Counted from the first letter of the stretch, positions 12,714 to 26,453 are shown. The stretch: 64,000 nt of DNA from Eledone cirrhosa (GCA_964016885.1 OZ024742.1:275404001-275468000); one strand, 5' to 3'. The notes: a model not told the origin generated them from the letters alone. A program made the numbers and translations.

Positions 12714-15700
12714 CTTGGGGAGGGTCATATTGTTGTAATAATATTGCCAGAAATAATAACAGAACACACTCACTGTTTTGGTAGTTTTCGCTTCTGTATC
12801 TCTTATATCTCCATAGTTAATTCATTTAACCATCAATGTTTATCACTGACTGACCAACGGTCAAAAATACAGATATAAATACATATATATAGTCTAACAA
12901 AGTTCTTTCGTTGCACATCTGTAACATCATCAGTGGTACTATTATGTTTCCTCCTGTTGTGTTGTATGTCTACGCCATTTTTATTTTATCTATTTATTTA
13001 TTTACGTATTTATTTTTATCCTCGTCTCTGAACATGCGTTTGCGTGTGCATATAGTGTTTGGTGTGACCTGTGTTTTGGTTATTATTCAATCCAGCTGAA
13101 AGAACTTATGAGATGAGTAAAATGTGTCCTACTAAGTTACCTTTTGATAAAAGGGTTTGTATACCACAATAAATAGATGACGAGACAGAGGCACAGTTCA
13201 GCATAGATAGAAATAAAATTAGAAAAATAGTAGACTGACATACTCATAGACAAAGCAGACCAGAAGTCCAACAACTTGGAAGGAAACCTGTAGAAGGCTT
13301 AGTTAGCCTTAAGCAGCACACAAGAGATGGTGAGGTAGTGTGTCTACCCACAGATAAATCTGGTAGGATGTCGATAGAGAGCATGCCGAACTACATCAAG
13401 GCTATGCAACCCCATATCACCGACACGAGCGAAATAACACAACAAACACATGAGGTGAGAGAGAAGATCCTCATCGCTCACATGATGATGTGGACCGACA
13501 TCCTAAAGCCAAGAAGACGCACTATCAAAAACGTCCAGGCGTCTAACAATGACATAGCACCCTTGTATGGGCTTAGCAAAGACCATAAGATAGTCGACGA
13601 CCCGAAGACAGGACCACCAACAACACCTGTATGTGGAGCCAGCAACTACAGGATCTCCTACTTCCAGTCAATGGTTATACGCCCCACGATTAAGATGTCT
13701 CCAGATGTATGTGACAGTATAGAGGACCTCCTCAGCAGAATCAAGTAGTGCAACAAAAACAAAAACCTTTCTAACTGCATAATAGGCAGTATGGATGTGG
13801 TATCATTGTACCCATCCATTAACATTGATTTTGCTGTGGAAAAATGTGTGGAAATGATCAGTGAGAGTGAGGTGGAGTTCTGCAACGTCGACACAGATGA
13901 ACTGGGCCTCCTACATCTACTTACTTATGACACCGAGTACTTAGACAGCCGTGAATTAGCTGTTTCTGCCCCAGTAGACCATAACTTCAATGGCAAAAAA
14001 GACTCCCATGGGAAGTGGATTGGGTGGACCAAAGCCATACAGACACCCAAAAGCAATGATCAGGTGACAAAAATGGTCGCGCATGCAATAAAGGCTAGTA
14101 TTAAAACTACCCTAAAGGGCCATAATGCAAATTCAATGAAAATATCTACACCCAAAATGAGGGAGCAGCCATTGTCGACAGCATAGCTGGTGATGTTGGC
14201 AAACCTTTTATGGTATGGTGGGAAAGGAGACTTAAAGATCTCCTTGAAGAGAGCTCCATAGACCTCATCATGTACTCTCGTTACGTACGATATTAATATA
14301 GTAATAAGGACACCCCTACAAGAGAGTACTAACGAACATGATTTAGAATATAGCACAATGGAAAGCATCTAGCAGATAGCTAACTCCATACGCCAGAGTA
14401 TAACTGTAACTATTGACTACCTTTCCAAACACCCTAACAATAGACTACCTGTATTAGACACGGAACTCTGGATTAACACTATAGACGAGAGGGCCCAAAT
14501 TTTCAACTCACACTACGCTAAACCCTTGGCCTCCAAATACCTGATACTCAAAAACTCAACAATGTCCAGTAGTGTTAAGTTTAATATTCTGATCGCAGAC
14601 TTGGTACGAGTGATGAAGAATGTGTCCCGCATGTGCGATCCAACAGAAATAGAAAGACACATCCAACACTTCATCAACCGCATGCAGTTCTCTGGCTACA
14701 ACCAAAGAGACAGAATCAGAGTATACAAAAGAGCCACAGAGAAGTATAAAACCCTCATAGAACTGGACATGAAAGGAATTTTCCCATTATAGAGGAGCAA
14801 ATCTTGGAATAGTAAGATAGTACTAAACATGAGATAGGGAAAGCCACCTCTTGGTACGACACATGAGATACCAGAGTGTCATGTTTGTGGATGCTACCCC
14901 TGTTGGGAAATTAGCTAACCAATGTAGAAAGGCCCTGCGAAAGACCCACTTAAAGATTAAAGTGGTAGAAAAGCCAGGAACTACCATAAAATCCCTGATC
15001 AGTAAAACATACCCTTTTAAGAAAACCCACTGTACTAATGAGACATGTATCATATGTAAAGTAAACCCTCAGATAAACTGTAAAACTAGAAATGTAGTCT
15101 ATACCATAAGATGTACAGAGGGTACTTGCAGAAACATGACAACAACATAAATAGGTGAGACAGCTCGAGACATAGGAGAAAGAGTAAACCAACACTGGGG
15201 GGGGGGGAATAAAATGCCAAAAAAACGGTTCAGTAGTATACTAACACGCCAGACAACAACATGATGGTAACATAGACAAAATAGAAATGAAAATAATATC
15301 TAAACATAAAAATGACCCAACAGGTAGGCAAATCAGAGAAGCAAGTGAAATAGAGCTGAGAAAGCCAAAGCTAAACAGAAAAAATGAATGGAATAACAAC
15401 AACACCCAATCAAACAATACTGACTTAAGAGAAGTATAAATAAATAAATAAATAAATATATACACAAGCACAATAACAGCAAACACATATAAACACACAC
15501 TAATCAACTAAGATAGAATACAATAACCAAAACACAGTCACCCAAACGCGAACACACACCAAACACTATACACACACGCAAACGCAAACGCATGCGCAGA
15601 GACGAAGGCAAACAAATGAATAAATAGATAAAATAAAAATGGCGTAGACATTCACTACAACAGGCGGAAACATAATAGTACCACTGATGATGTTACAGAT

Positions 15701-15979
15701 GTGCAACGAAAGAACTTTGTTAGACTATATATATATATGTATTTATATCTGTATTTTTGACCGTTGGTCAGTCAGTGATAAACATTGATGGCCAAATGAA
15801 TTAACTATGGAGATATAAAAGATACAAAAGCGAAAAAAAACAACCAAACAGTTAGTGTGTTCTGTTATTATTTCTGGCAATACAATATTATTACAACAAT
15901 ATGATCCTCCCCAAGTATAACAATATTTGTTTCGACACACGATTTCATATCAAAAACTTCGCAAAACAAATTCATCACC

Positions 15980-15982
<3 letters not shown>
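12711..15982 (+). mobile_element. Penelope-like element (CCHH GIY-YIG, Nematis/Neptune-like) with inverted pseudo-LTR and tail
   Basis: Decayed RT (PTDKSG, LYGLSKDHK, IGSMDVVSLYPSI, LPVLD) and GIY-YIG (NVVYTIRC..C..IGETAR). 12711-~13088 inverts ~15515-15918; tail 15919-15982; (TA)n on both sides. Confidence 0.88.
15680..15721 (+). ncRNA. Minimal hammerhead ribozyme in the PLE pseudo-LTR (mirror copy 12896-12937, minus)
   Basis: ACCA CTGATGA T GTTACA GATG TGCAAC GAAA GAAC T T TGTT. Confidence 0.7.
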
Positions 15983-16019
<37 letters not shown>

Positions 16020-16063
16020 CTTCTATACACAATCATACACACCCGTGTATATTTACCTATCTA

Positions 16064-16216
<153 letters not shown>

Positions 16217-16420
16217 GGACCAGTTCTTTTCAGGTAGTGTTTTCGATGCTGAGAGAATGGGATCGGTCGGGTGCAAGCTTTTCCCACTTAAAAAAACCTT
16301 CAAAGCACAGGCATTGCTTGTTCAGGATATGTTACCGGTTTGTGTGACTGGCTGTAACTTAAAAGAGCACAATACTCTGTAATCCTCCAAGCAATTGCAG
16401 TACTCTTAGCAGAGTTTGCA

Positions 16421-16494
<74 letters not shown>

Positions 16495-16504
16495 TTATTT
16501 ATTT

Positions 16505-18067
16505 ATTAAAATAACAGATTAAAGTTTAAGCAAAGTATCGTTGCTTGCACCCTTCTGAAACTGAAAAGATCAATCTGTAAACGCAGGAGTAAATATTTCG
16601 AAAAACGTTGCAACCGGAGGAAAACAGGAAGACCATACTTTGGCTCGTGAAGACGTTTCCTGGCAATGAACGGGAAAAAAGTGAAGATAATACGTCGTTA
16701 TGTGTATCGGTGAGAACAATTACACGCAAAGACAAAACCACGTTTATGGTATAAAGGGAGTCGTAGTCTAATATTATATTTAGGACACCGAATGATTCTC
16801 AGCTTCGGAGTTAAGAATAATTAAATAAATTTGTAGAACGAAAAAGACAGAGGTTATTAAAGTAATAATAATTAAATATCTTTACATGAATACCCATTCT
16901 TTAAGAAGAATATGACGTCACTTTCAGCTTATATCTGGAGTCTAAAAGACAACCACACCCAATATAGGTTGCACTGGGAGATCCTAGTTGAAGCTAGATC
17001 GTATAACGGAAATAAAAGCCCCTGCGATATTTGCGTCGCTGAAGCCTTGGAAATACTCTACGCCAATGATCACATCTTAAACAAAAACATCTGAAGCAAT
17101 TTCGGCTTGTAAACACAATTGCATAAAACTTTCCTGTATTACAACCCCACATTATACCCTACCGGATAGTACGAACAATACGCGGATAATTTACGTCTTG
17201 GTGTGAAAGCTAAGTATATTTTATGTTTATACCATTACTTATTTGTATAGGTAAGTATACCTTACCCGTATGTTTTGTGGAGGTACGTATAATTTCTCTT
17301 ATAATGCTTGTATTTGTTATAGGTGTATATATTATATAGTATATATACTGGTATGTGTGTATATGGTTATGTGTATTTCATTTTTGTGTGTGTATGCGTG
17401 TTTGCACGTATGCAAGGTGTGTATATGTGTACATCGAGTTTTGGTTTATGTACGTTTGGTGAACAGGCATGCGTGTGCGTGCGTTATATATGTTTTATGT
17501 GTGTACATTTATATACGTTTATATAATTATATGTATACATACATACACACTTATATTTTTATATGTGTATTTGGTGTATACGTTTGTATGTGTGCGTGTG
17601 TTTATGTGTACGTGCATGTATGTGCATGCATGGTGTGTGTTTTCGCGTATCCACGTGTATGTACGTATATAGATGTGTGTATGTATATATTTAATTATTA
17701 TTATTTTAATAACCTGTGTCTATTTCGTTCTACTAATTTATTTCACTATTCTTAACTCCGAAGCCGAGAATCATTCGGTTTCCTAAATAGAATATTAATC
17801 TACGACTCCATTTATACCATAAACATGGTTTTGTCTTTGAGTGTATTTGTTCTCATCGTTCCGCATAACGACGTATTATCTTCGCTTTTTTCCGTTCATT
17901 GCCAGGGAACGTCTCCACGAAGCAAAGTATCGTCTTGCTGCTTTCCTTCGGTTGCAATGTTTTTCGAAATATTTACTTCTGCGTTCACAGATTGATTTTT
18001 CAGAAGAACCCGTTAAGGGTGAAAGCAGCGATTCATTGCTTAAAGTTTAATCTGTTATTTTAATAAA
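16505..18067 (+). mobile_element. Naiad-type PLE 3' end (same family as 8596-10247) with inverted pseudo-LTR
   Basis: 16912-17094 encodes TSLSAYIWSLK..WEIL..PCDICVAEALEI; 16505-16865 inverts ~17700-18067. Confidence 0.85.
17987..18055 (+). ncRNA. Hammerhead-like RNA with full stems and variant core CAGAAGA
   Basis: Stem I ACAGATTGA-TTTT / AAAG-TTAATCTGT; stem II ACCC-GTTAA-GGGT; GAAA; stem III AGCAGCG/CATTGCT. Confidence 0.65.
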
Positions 18068-18154
18068 TATGGTTCTTATATATTTGATATATATTTATCC
18101 TTATCGAGCCCTCTTTGGGTTTTAGTCTTCACATTTATTATTATTGTTATTATT

Positions 18155-18323
18155 ATGCTTTGACGTATAGAGTTACGGCCCTTGCCATTCTGAGTTCAAA
18201 TCCCGCCAAGGTTAACTTTGCCTTTCATCCTTACGGGATCGATAAAATAAAGTACCAGTAATGCACTGGGTAATTGCTGGCCTTGTGCTTACCGTTGAAA
18301 CAATTATTATTATTATTATTATT
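18155..18323 (+). mobile_element. Nin-domain SINE with (TTA)n tail
   Basis: GAGTTCAAATCC B box; GCCTTTCATCCTTACGGGATCGATAAAATAAAGTACCAG. Confidence 0.85.
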
Positions 18324-19733
18324 CTTGCAATTCCTCATTACTATCTTATCAATAAGTAACTGGCCCTTTGTACCACGGGACTTCTTTCGGCATCCTTTCT
18401 GTTCGTCCAGTAACAAGTTGTTTGTGTGGAGGTGATGGTAGATTTCCTCAGACATAATGCTTGTCAACAGTTTCCACATTACGGACAGACATGTGATAGG
18501 TCTATAGTTGGTAACATCATTACCCTTGATTCGGTCTTTCATTACCAGAACTGTGGTACCTTTTGTCAACCACTCTGGTACCTCACCTGACATCAAGCAG
18601 TCATTGAACATGGTTGTCAGTTTCGGGTGGAGGGATGTTACATTTTTAAGCCAATACCCCTGCACACCATCTGGGCCTTGTGATTTCCAGTTGGTTATTT
18701 TGGGGGCCTGCCCCTTGAGAGTTTCAACTGTGATACTCAAATCAGTTTGTTGGTGTGCCTGTTCACTAATCTCCTTTTGTACTGTCTCAATCCACACTGC
18801 CTGGTCATTATGTTTAACATCCTGCTCCCATATTCCTCTCCAGAATGTCTTAGTTTGTTCCGCCTCAGGGTTCAAGTCGTTGCCTCTTTCTTTCCCTTCA
18901 AGCTGTCCAAACAGCATCTTCTGGTTGTTGTCAAACATGCGGTTCTGTCTATACTGACTGACTCTACTCTCGTATCGCCTAATTTTTCCTCCTAGTTTTG
19001 TACTTTATTTCCAGTCTATTTTTAGTGTCTATGTTTTTTAGTGTCCCATTCAGTAGGGACTCAAGCTTTCCAATGTCATTTCTCATTTCCCTGATTTGAC
19101 TATTCAGTCGTTTCTTCCACCAAGGTTCTGATCTTTCTTGTTTGTTGTTTCCTTTCGCTTTTATGCCAAGTAATTTCCTCACCGCATTTGCTGTTGCTTT
19201 GCGGATATTGTTGCACTGGTGAAGGCTCCTCGCCTCAAGGTATGGGATGACTTTGTTTACCTTAGCTGTTGTATCTTTTAACTTTTTCCTGTCTACAAAT
19301 CTTAGGTTCATAGGTTTCCCACTATCATTGTTCATTTCATCTACCACTAAGTTTAGGATATCAACTAAATCTTGTCCTAGCTCGTCAGCATTCATCTCCT
19401 CAATGGCCGTATCTTTGTTCCAGGTATTATTTATTTCAGCATTCAGATCATTGTCTGCTTCGGATGGTTCCTCCGTTCTCTCAACCTATTCACCTTCATT
19501 TCCCACTGGTTCATTTGCCTGGCATACTCCACTCTCTATTTCGAACCTAATCTCTCTGCTCAGTTCCGCCAGTTCCAGCTCGCTTATCCACCCATTAGTT
19601 CTTATTACCCGAGCCTGCCCGGCCAATTTTTGTTCATCTAATTTAAATAGACCAATCTCGTTCCAGATGTTATGCATCCGTTTCCTATAGCCTTTTTCCT
19701 TGGGATTACTGTTCAGGTAATATTGCATAACAG
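18324..19733 (-). mobile_element. R4/Dong element (second family): N-terminal to mid-RT fragment between (TAA)n tracts
   Basis: KGYRKRMHNIWNE, EPWWKKRL, NWKSQGPDGVQGYWLK, NYRPITCL, EQKGCRKKSRGTK. Confidence 0.88.
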
Positions 19734-19746
19734 TTATTATTATTAT

Positions 19747-19795
<49 letters not shown>

Positions 19796-19799
19796 ATAT

Positions 19800-19980
19800 G
19801 TACTGGCCTGCAATATCGGTAGGGGGTCTGATGACATGCCTTTGCAGCAAAGAGTTACGGCTCTTTATGGTCTGAGTTAAAATCCCACCGGGCTTAACTT
19901 TGCCTTTCATCCTTACGGGGTTGATAAAATAAAGTACAAGTAATGCACTGGGATAATTGCTGGCCTCGTGCCAAAAGTAT
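19800..19980 (+). mobile_element. Nin-domain SINE
   Basis: Same core as the other copies. Confidence 0.8.
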
Positions 19981-19984
19981 TTTA

Positions 19985-20220
19985 ATAACCTCTGTCATTT
20001 TCGTTCAACAAATTTATTTACATTATTCTTAAACTCCGGAGCTTAGAAACATTCGGTTTCCTAAATAGAACATTAGTCTTATGACTCCATTTATACCATA
20101 AACGTGGTTTTTTTTCTTGGTTTTTTTTTGTCTTTGCGTGAAATTGTCCTCTTCGCTCCATATAACGACGCATTAGATCCGCTCTTTTCCGTTCATTGCC
20201 AAGGAACGTCCTCTCGAACC
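19985..20220 (+). mobile_element. Fragment of Naiad-type PLE pseudo-LTR
   Basis: Similar to 17710-17925 (CATTCGGTTTCCTAAATAGAA, TTTATACCATAAAC, TTCCGTTCATTGCCA). Confidence 0.75.
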
Positions 20221-20804
20221 AGGCATTGGGAATAATTGTCTATGCATTTCGAACTCAGATGTTTATCATCAAGACAATGCTTCCATCTGCCTACTACTGG
20301 CCTTTAAGACAGGCGAAAATATATAGTTTTGTTCGCCTGTGTAAATGTGCTAATTAGCCTCATTTGCAGATGAAGTAGGCTCAACTTAAAATAGAATTAG
20401 AATTTAGCTTCGACATAGCTGTATACAAATATGTATGTGAATTTCGTATATCGAAATATATACGTTATGTTTAATAAATAAACATTTAGAAAGTCTCAGT
20501 TATGAATAGAAAACAGGTGGTCCGCGCCGCCAAGCAGTTCCTAGCAGAAGCAGTGTGGGGGTGGGGGGCGGGAGTAATTGTCTATGCATTTCGAACTTGA
20601 CTCTCATGAGGACAAGGCTTCCCTCTTCTTATTGCTGGACTTTGAGACAGGCTTTCTAAATTTGTATTTATTGAAAATAACGTGTATCTTTGTGAGTGGC
20701 TTTCTAAATGTTTATTTATTAAACATACCTTATAACTTTAGATATACGAAATTCACATATATATTTGTATACAGCTATGTGGAAGCTAAATTCTAATTAT
20801 TTAT

Positions 20805-20857
<53 letters not shown>

Positions 20858-23642
20858 CATTTACAAAATTATTATTTAAAACACCACATCCCAAACGTTT
20901 ATTGCATAACACTTACATTCGTTCCATCATTGGTTGTTGTACAGTGCCCATGGATTTTCCAATAATTTTGAAAATAACGAATAATTTGAAGGGATATAAC
21001 CTAACTTTGTCATAATTTAATCTAGATAAAAATATAAATTTTTAACCTTTTTTTAAACCATTTACCATTGAAAGACAATGCCTAAGATTTTTTTCAATAA
21101 TTTTGTGACTTATCAAACATGTTGGAAATGTTTTAGATAAATGTAAACAACTTAATAGAGAGCATTCATTATTTTCAAGTTAAAAGGTTGTGGCTAAGGT
21201 TAGGTGTATATATTAATTATAGACAAAATGTTAGATATATAACATTGTGTATATATGATGGTAGACAGACTGTTGTTGTTGTTGTCATGGAACATTCTCA
21301 ACATTGAGCACCAAAAAAACGTGGTCGTAGGATGTTCTGAACTTATGGTCTACAGAGCCCCAGGTGGGGGGGGGTAGGAGATGCAGGTCCATCAACTTTA
21401 AGTAGACAGACCATTTAAAAGCCTGAGAGGTCCCTAGAAAAAATTGATTGAAATAAACAGAGAGTAGAGAAGTCCTCGGTTGGTGAAATGGTAGAGAGCC
21501 CTCTGCCCTGTGGTTATTTGTCCTTCTACAAATAACCAAAACTGCCCTCAAATTACACAGACACCATAAACCTTCTTAGGGAAGAAAAAAAACCAATGTA
21601 GATAATGTATTCCGAGGTACACTATTCCCGGGAAATATGGTGGATTGATCATGGATGGAATAATTTGTATATATTTATTTATTTCTTCTCATTCATAGCT
21701 CTGCTTGATCAAGGGTGCCCTGGGGCTAAATAACAACAACAATAGTAGCAGCATTCAACTCTTATGATTTCATGGGATTTTTCACAACTGCAACTGACTA
21801 GACACACAACCACCAGCACCAGCACCACCTCCGCCACCACCACCACACCACCTTTCCCTTAAACATGGTCATCATTGGTTGTGTTACACATCAGTCTTGG
21901 ATCGCGAATATTTCACTATTCCAATCAAATTAAATCGAATCCAACAACTTAAATAATCATAAGCGGTCATATCAAATGTTCAAAGTGGAATAAGAACCTT
22001 TTCACATATAGGAATATATAGAACGAAGGCAAGAATAAAGGGATCATAAAAAGGGAAAGAGCGGAGAGAGAAAAGGAGAGGGGAGAAAAAGAAAATAAGA
22101 AGAAAAAGAAGAAAAGAGAGGGAGAGGTACATGGAGGATAGTATTTTAGATAGAAAGAAATTAGTAGAGGCAGGGGTAAAGAGGAAGTGCAATGAAGAAT
22201 TTAAGATAGTGAAGATTAACGGAAACATATAAGATAGGTGTAGATCAAAGGTTCTCAACCCATTTCGGCCAAACGCCCCCCTTTTGCTCCTCGAAATCAC
22301 GAAACACCCTCTACACTATTTTTCCGTTTTTCAATATACTACTGATTTTGATATCAGTATTGGGCCAAATCAAGTTGTGATAGAATCTTTAAAAAATACT
22401 CGTATGAATTAAATACAAAAAAGTTTCAGTCCAAAACAAAAGCAAGCTATTTCAAATTATATATTTTTGAAAATTAGACGTGAATGTTCTCAAAGATTTG
22501 ATCTCAGTCGAAAAAGTTTTTTTTTTTAATTCTATATTTCACTGTTAGCTGTTGTAATATTTTGAGTGGATAGACAATTCTACAATTCAAACTGTAAAGT
22601 CAAATTACAAAAGATGCAAAATATGAAGAATTTCTTACCTTTCTCTGAAATCACAAACTCAGGGGGAAAATAGTACCTTGCAGAATAAAATACCTCGTAG
22701 CAAAATAAAATACTTAGTAGCAACGAATGAATTGAGAAGCTTGGTGACAGTGAGAAAGCAATATCTGTATCCCTTATATATATATACATTTTAGAAGAAT
22801 GGTATTAGTGCAGTTATTATTGTAACAGTTGTTGTTGAAAGAATAAGAATGGCTGAGTTACTTTTTGTACAAAGGTTTACTTCATTGAAGTCAAAATAGA
22901 ACAATAAACACATTACCAATAAGTCACGAAAGTTGTTGATGTTATCTGTGTAGTTGGTTCATGAGGCTGTTAGTAGTCTGCGACCATTGTAGTGAAAGAG
23001 TTGCTCTTAACATGTTCACTGGAGTAAGTGAACTAAAAGTCGGAGAAGGCAGAGTTGCATCTTGATTACCGGACGGCGGGCCGTGTAAGAGAGGAAGAGG
23101 TCTCTCGCTGTCTCAAGATATAGTCCCCATAGAGACGTAACTCCCATTTACTTGTTGTTGTTGACACTAGGGGTCACTACAGTCCCCAAGGGACGTAGCT
23201 CTCATGAGTTCTGGATTTCACCGCTAGGGGTCACTACACATAGATAGATACACACACACACACACACATATACGCGCACGCACACACACTCTCTCACACA
23301 CACACACACACACACGTGCATACACACACAAACTTGTGTGTGTGCTTTTGTTTTGGTACAGAAAGAATTTTGTCTCCAGTTTTTAATGCCGGGTCAAAGG
23401 CCACTGCTCTTTTCAACAACACCAAATAACAACGCCATATAAATATATATATATATTATATCTAAATGAAGAGAGAAAGAGGGAGGGACAGGGCGAGTAA
23501 GAAATATGTGTCTGTGTGTTTGGTACACATCTATCTATCTATCTATCTTCAACAGGGGCTCAAACATGAGGCCCGCGAACTAATTTTCTGTGGCCTGTGG
23601 TAGAACCAATATTTCATATTGTATTATAACTGGTGAAAATAA

Positions 23643-23848
23643 TGCGGTGGGCTGGTGGAATCGTTAGCTCATCTGGCGAGATGCTTAACGGTACTTCTTC
23701 CGTTTTTACATTCTGAGTTCGAATTCCGCCGATCTTAACTTTGCCTTTCATCCTTTTGGGGTCGATGTACCAGTTTTGTACTAGGATCGATGTAATCGAC
23801 TGAACCCTAAACCCCAAATTGCATGCCTTGTTCCTATAGTAGAAATGT
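23643..23848 (+). mobile_element. Nin-domain SINE (related subfamily)
   Basis: GAGTTCGAATTCCGCCG..TTTGCCTTTCATCCTTTTGGGGTCGAT. Confidence 0.8.
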
Positions 23849-23984
23849 TTATAACTGGTGAAAATCATCACCCACCAACATGTTTGGCCCACTGTGCCTC
23901 TCCTCCAGGACGTAATTGCCCTTTTGTATCCTTGAATTTGCGGCTCCTCTTCTACACACACACACACACACATATACTTTACTT

Positions 23985-24232
23985 TTTTCTGTCTCTGGAC
24001 TACGCCCATGCTGGAGCATCAACTTGGTAAGTTATGGGGTCGTCAACAAACCAACAAGCATTGGTGGGAGGGCAAACACAAACGCAAAGACACACACAGA
24101 CATATATACATATATACGACGGGATTTTAGTTTCGGTCTATCAAATCCACGCACAGGATTTTGGTCGGCCCAGGCAGTGGGACTGAACCCGGAAATATGT
24201 GATTGGGAAGTAAGCTTCTTTTCACACTGCGC
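23985..24232 (-). mobile_element. Second tRNA-derived SINE family (another head at 41735-41830, plus)
   Basis: Minus strand AAGAAGCTTACTTCCCAATCACATATTTCCGGGTTCAGTCCCACTG, a tRNA-like head. Confidence 0.65.
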
Positions 24233-24254
24233 ATATATATATATATATATATAT

Positions 24255-24416
24255 AACGAAGGAAATGTGGTAAGGAACCAGGTGGACCATAACGCACCAA
24301 AGTACTCAATACTTGAGGTAGTAGAGTGGGTAATAGGGTAATATTTAGGGTAATATTTAGTCCAGAATTAGCCGTCGAAACGGCTTGAGCTCAGCTGTCG
24401 GGGTCTTACTGGTTCC

Positions 24417-24417
<1 letters not shown>
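24255..24417 (-). mobile_element. Second copy of the mini fold-back family (12499-12684), rearranged
   Basis: Shares the tail (TGTGGTAAGGAACCAG..CCATAACGCAC..AGTACTCAATACT) and one hairpin arm; flanked by (TA)n. Confidence 0.75.
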
Positions 24418-24455
<38 letters not shown>

Positions 24456-24700
24456 TTGTGTATGTGTGTGTGTGTGTGTACGTCTGTAGGTGTGTGTGTG
24501 TGTATGTGTGTTATCAAATTATCAATGGAAATAAAAAGAACAAAGTCAAGTTACATTATAACTTTGTTTTTATTTTGTTGTTTTTATTTTTTCTGTTAAT
24601 TTAATACCTAATATCTGACTGTACCTAAAGAATTAATTCAGCGAAACAGAAATACTCTGTGAATTTTAGAAGATTACATTAAGTTCTATCTACGGTACGG

Positions 24701-24785
<85 letters not shown>

Positions 24786-24892
24786 TAAATATATATATAT
24801 CCTTACATACTTAAATATAAATGCATGTGTATACATAAATATATAAATGCATAGCTATATACATACGTAAATGTATGTATATATGTATGTAG

Positions 24893-24956
<64 letters not shown>

Positions 24957-25033
24957 TTATAAAGAAAAAAAGATGAAATCGAAAATGCAACTGGAGTCTT
25001 ATTTTTAAAAAGATATATATATTTATTTGGTTC

Positions 25034-25069
25034 CTTTACCGGTTTCGCAGTTCTTCTGCTTTTCAAAAG
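25034..25069 (-). ncRNA. Minimal PLE-type hammerhead ribozyme
   Basis: CTT TTGAAAA GCAG AAGAA CTGC GAAA CCGG T A AAG: palindromic ACCGGT stem III and variant core. Confidence 0.7.
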
Positions 25070-26391
25070 TAGAGTTGAGATGGAGTGTCTGTAGTTTTTC
25101 TCACATCTGGTTGGTCTCTGAATGTTACTTGTTTTATATGGAAAAAGTGGCTCGAAATGCCAGGTTTTTCGAGAAGTAATTTGATTGGTTGGTCAATAAT
25201 TATAATAAATTTCGCGCCAGTTCGCGTTACAAAGTTCTTCAAACAAGGGGGGGGGGGGTCACAGGTAGTTTTTTTCATATATGAGTTTGAATTTCTTTTT
25301 ACTTAAAAAAAAGAGGGCTCACGAATGTTTTTTTTAATAAACGTAATTTGATTGGTTTTAAATGAAATTATTGCTGTCACGTGAACAAGTTTTCATTAAA
25401 TTTTCGCGCCCTTATTTGGAAATCTATTCTGTAGCCTTTTTAGAGAATTGTATGACATGTATGTATGTATGTATATATGTATTTATATATATATATATAT
25501 GTATGTATGTAGATTTATTTATATATATATAAATCTACATACATACATATATACATATATACATTTACGTATGTATGTAGCTATGCATTTATACATTTGT
25601 ATATATACATGTGTGTAAGGATGTTGACATGATTAATGTCTTTTTTCTTTTTGGTAAGGAGAAAATTATGTCTCCAGATTTTATTACCTAGGGAGGTTAA
25701 ATATCACAGCTCTGGCTGAAAGCTAACCAGGTTCTCAACCTCATCAAACACTAACGCAGCCCTGTGTGTGTGTGTGTATGTATGTGTATGTATGTACGTA
25801 TGCATGTGTGTGTATGTTCGTATGTATGTATATGTATACACCCACACATTTCATCACCGTTGCTTCTTTTTGTTGTCATTTCTGTTGAAGTTGTTCTTGC
25901 AACTGTTGTAAAAGTTGACATTCTTATGTTCATTTTCTTTGATTTCTTTTGTTTTTCTTTTATCTCCCTAGGGAATTCGTTGACAAGCCTCTTTTATTTA
26001 TGTTCTTCGTTTTCTTCATTCAAATGCATTCACACTGGCTGTCTAAGACACGTACAAATATGACTTATAAAACTTACGAAACTAAAGGGGCTTCCAGCGC
26101 CCGCTTAGCGCCCCTCCAAAGTTTCAAACGCCCCCCCCCCCCCAAAAAAAAACTCCTCCTTACTCCAAAACAACCCCTGGAGCTCCGAAACGCCTCCCCG
26201 GTGGGGATATTCCTCCCGTTGATAACCTTTGGTGTAGATAAATCAAAACAGTTAAGAGTGGGTAAGGTTGGGGACTTTATGGTAGTATTAGGCGGATGGT
26301 AGATGAAAAGTGGAATTAACTTTACAAAGTGTCTGAACTCATATTGGTTGAAATGTACTTATTTAAAACAACTTCAATACAGTAGTAGTAT

Positions 26392-26453
<62 letters not shown>

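Larger units (their letters stand above)
22246..26231. mobile_element. Non-autonomous hAT element with nested insertions
   Basis: TIRs CAAAGGTTCTCAAC / GTTGATAACCTTTG; perfect 8-bp TSD GTGTAGAT at 22238-22245 and 26232-26239. Confidence 0.8.

Noticed and set aside
16218-16425. RTE 3' fragment on the minus strand (WEKLAPDR)
   Set aside because: Only one short motif; too weak to call
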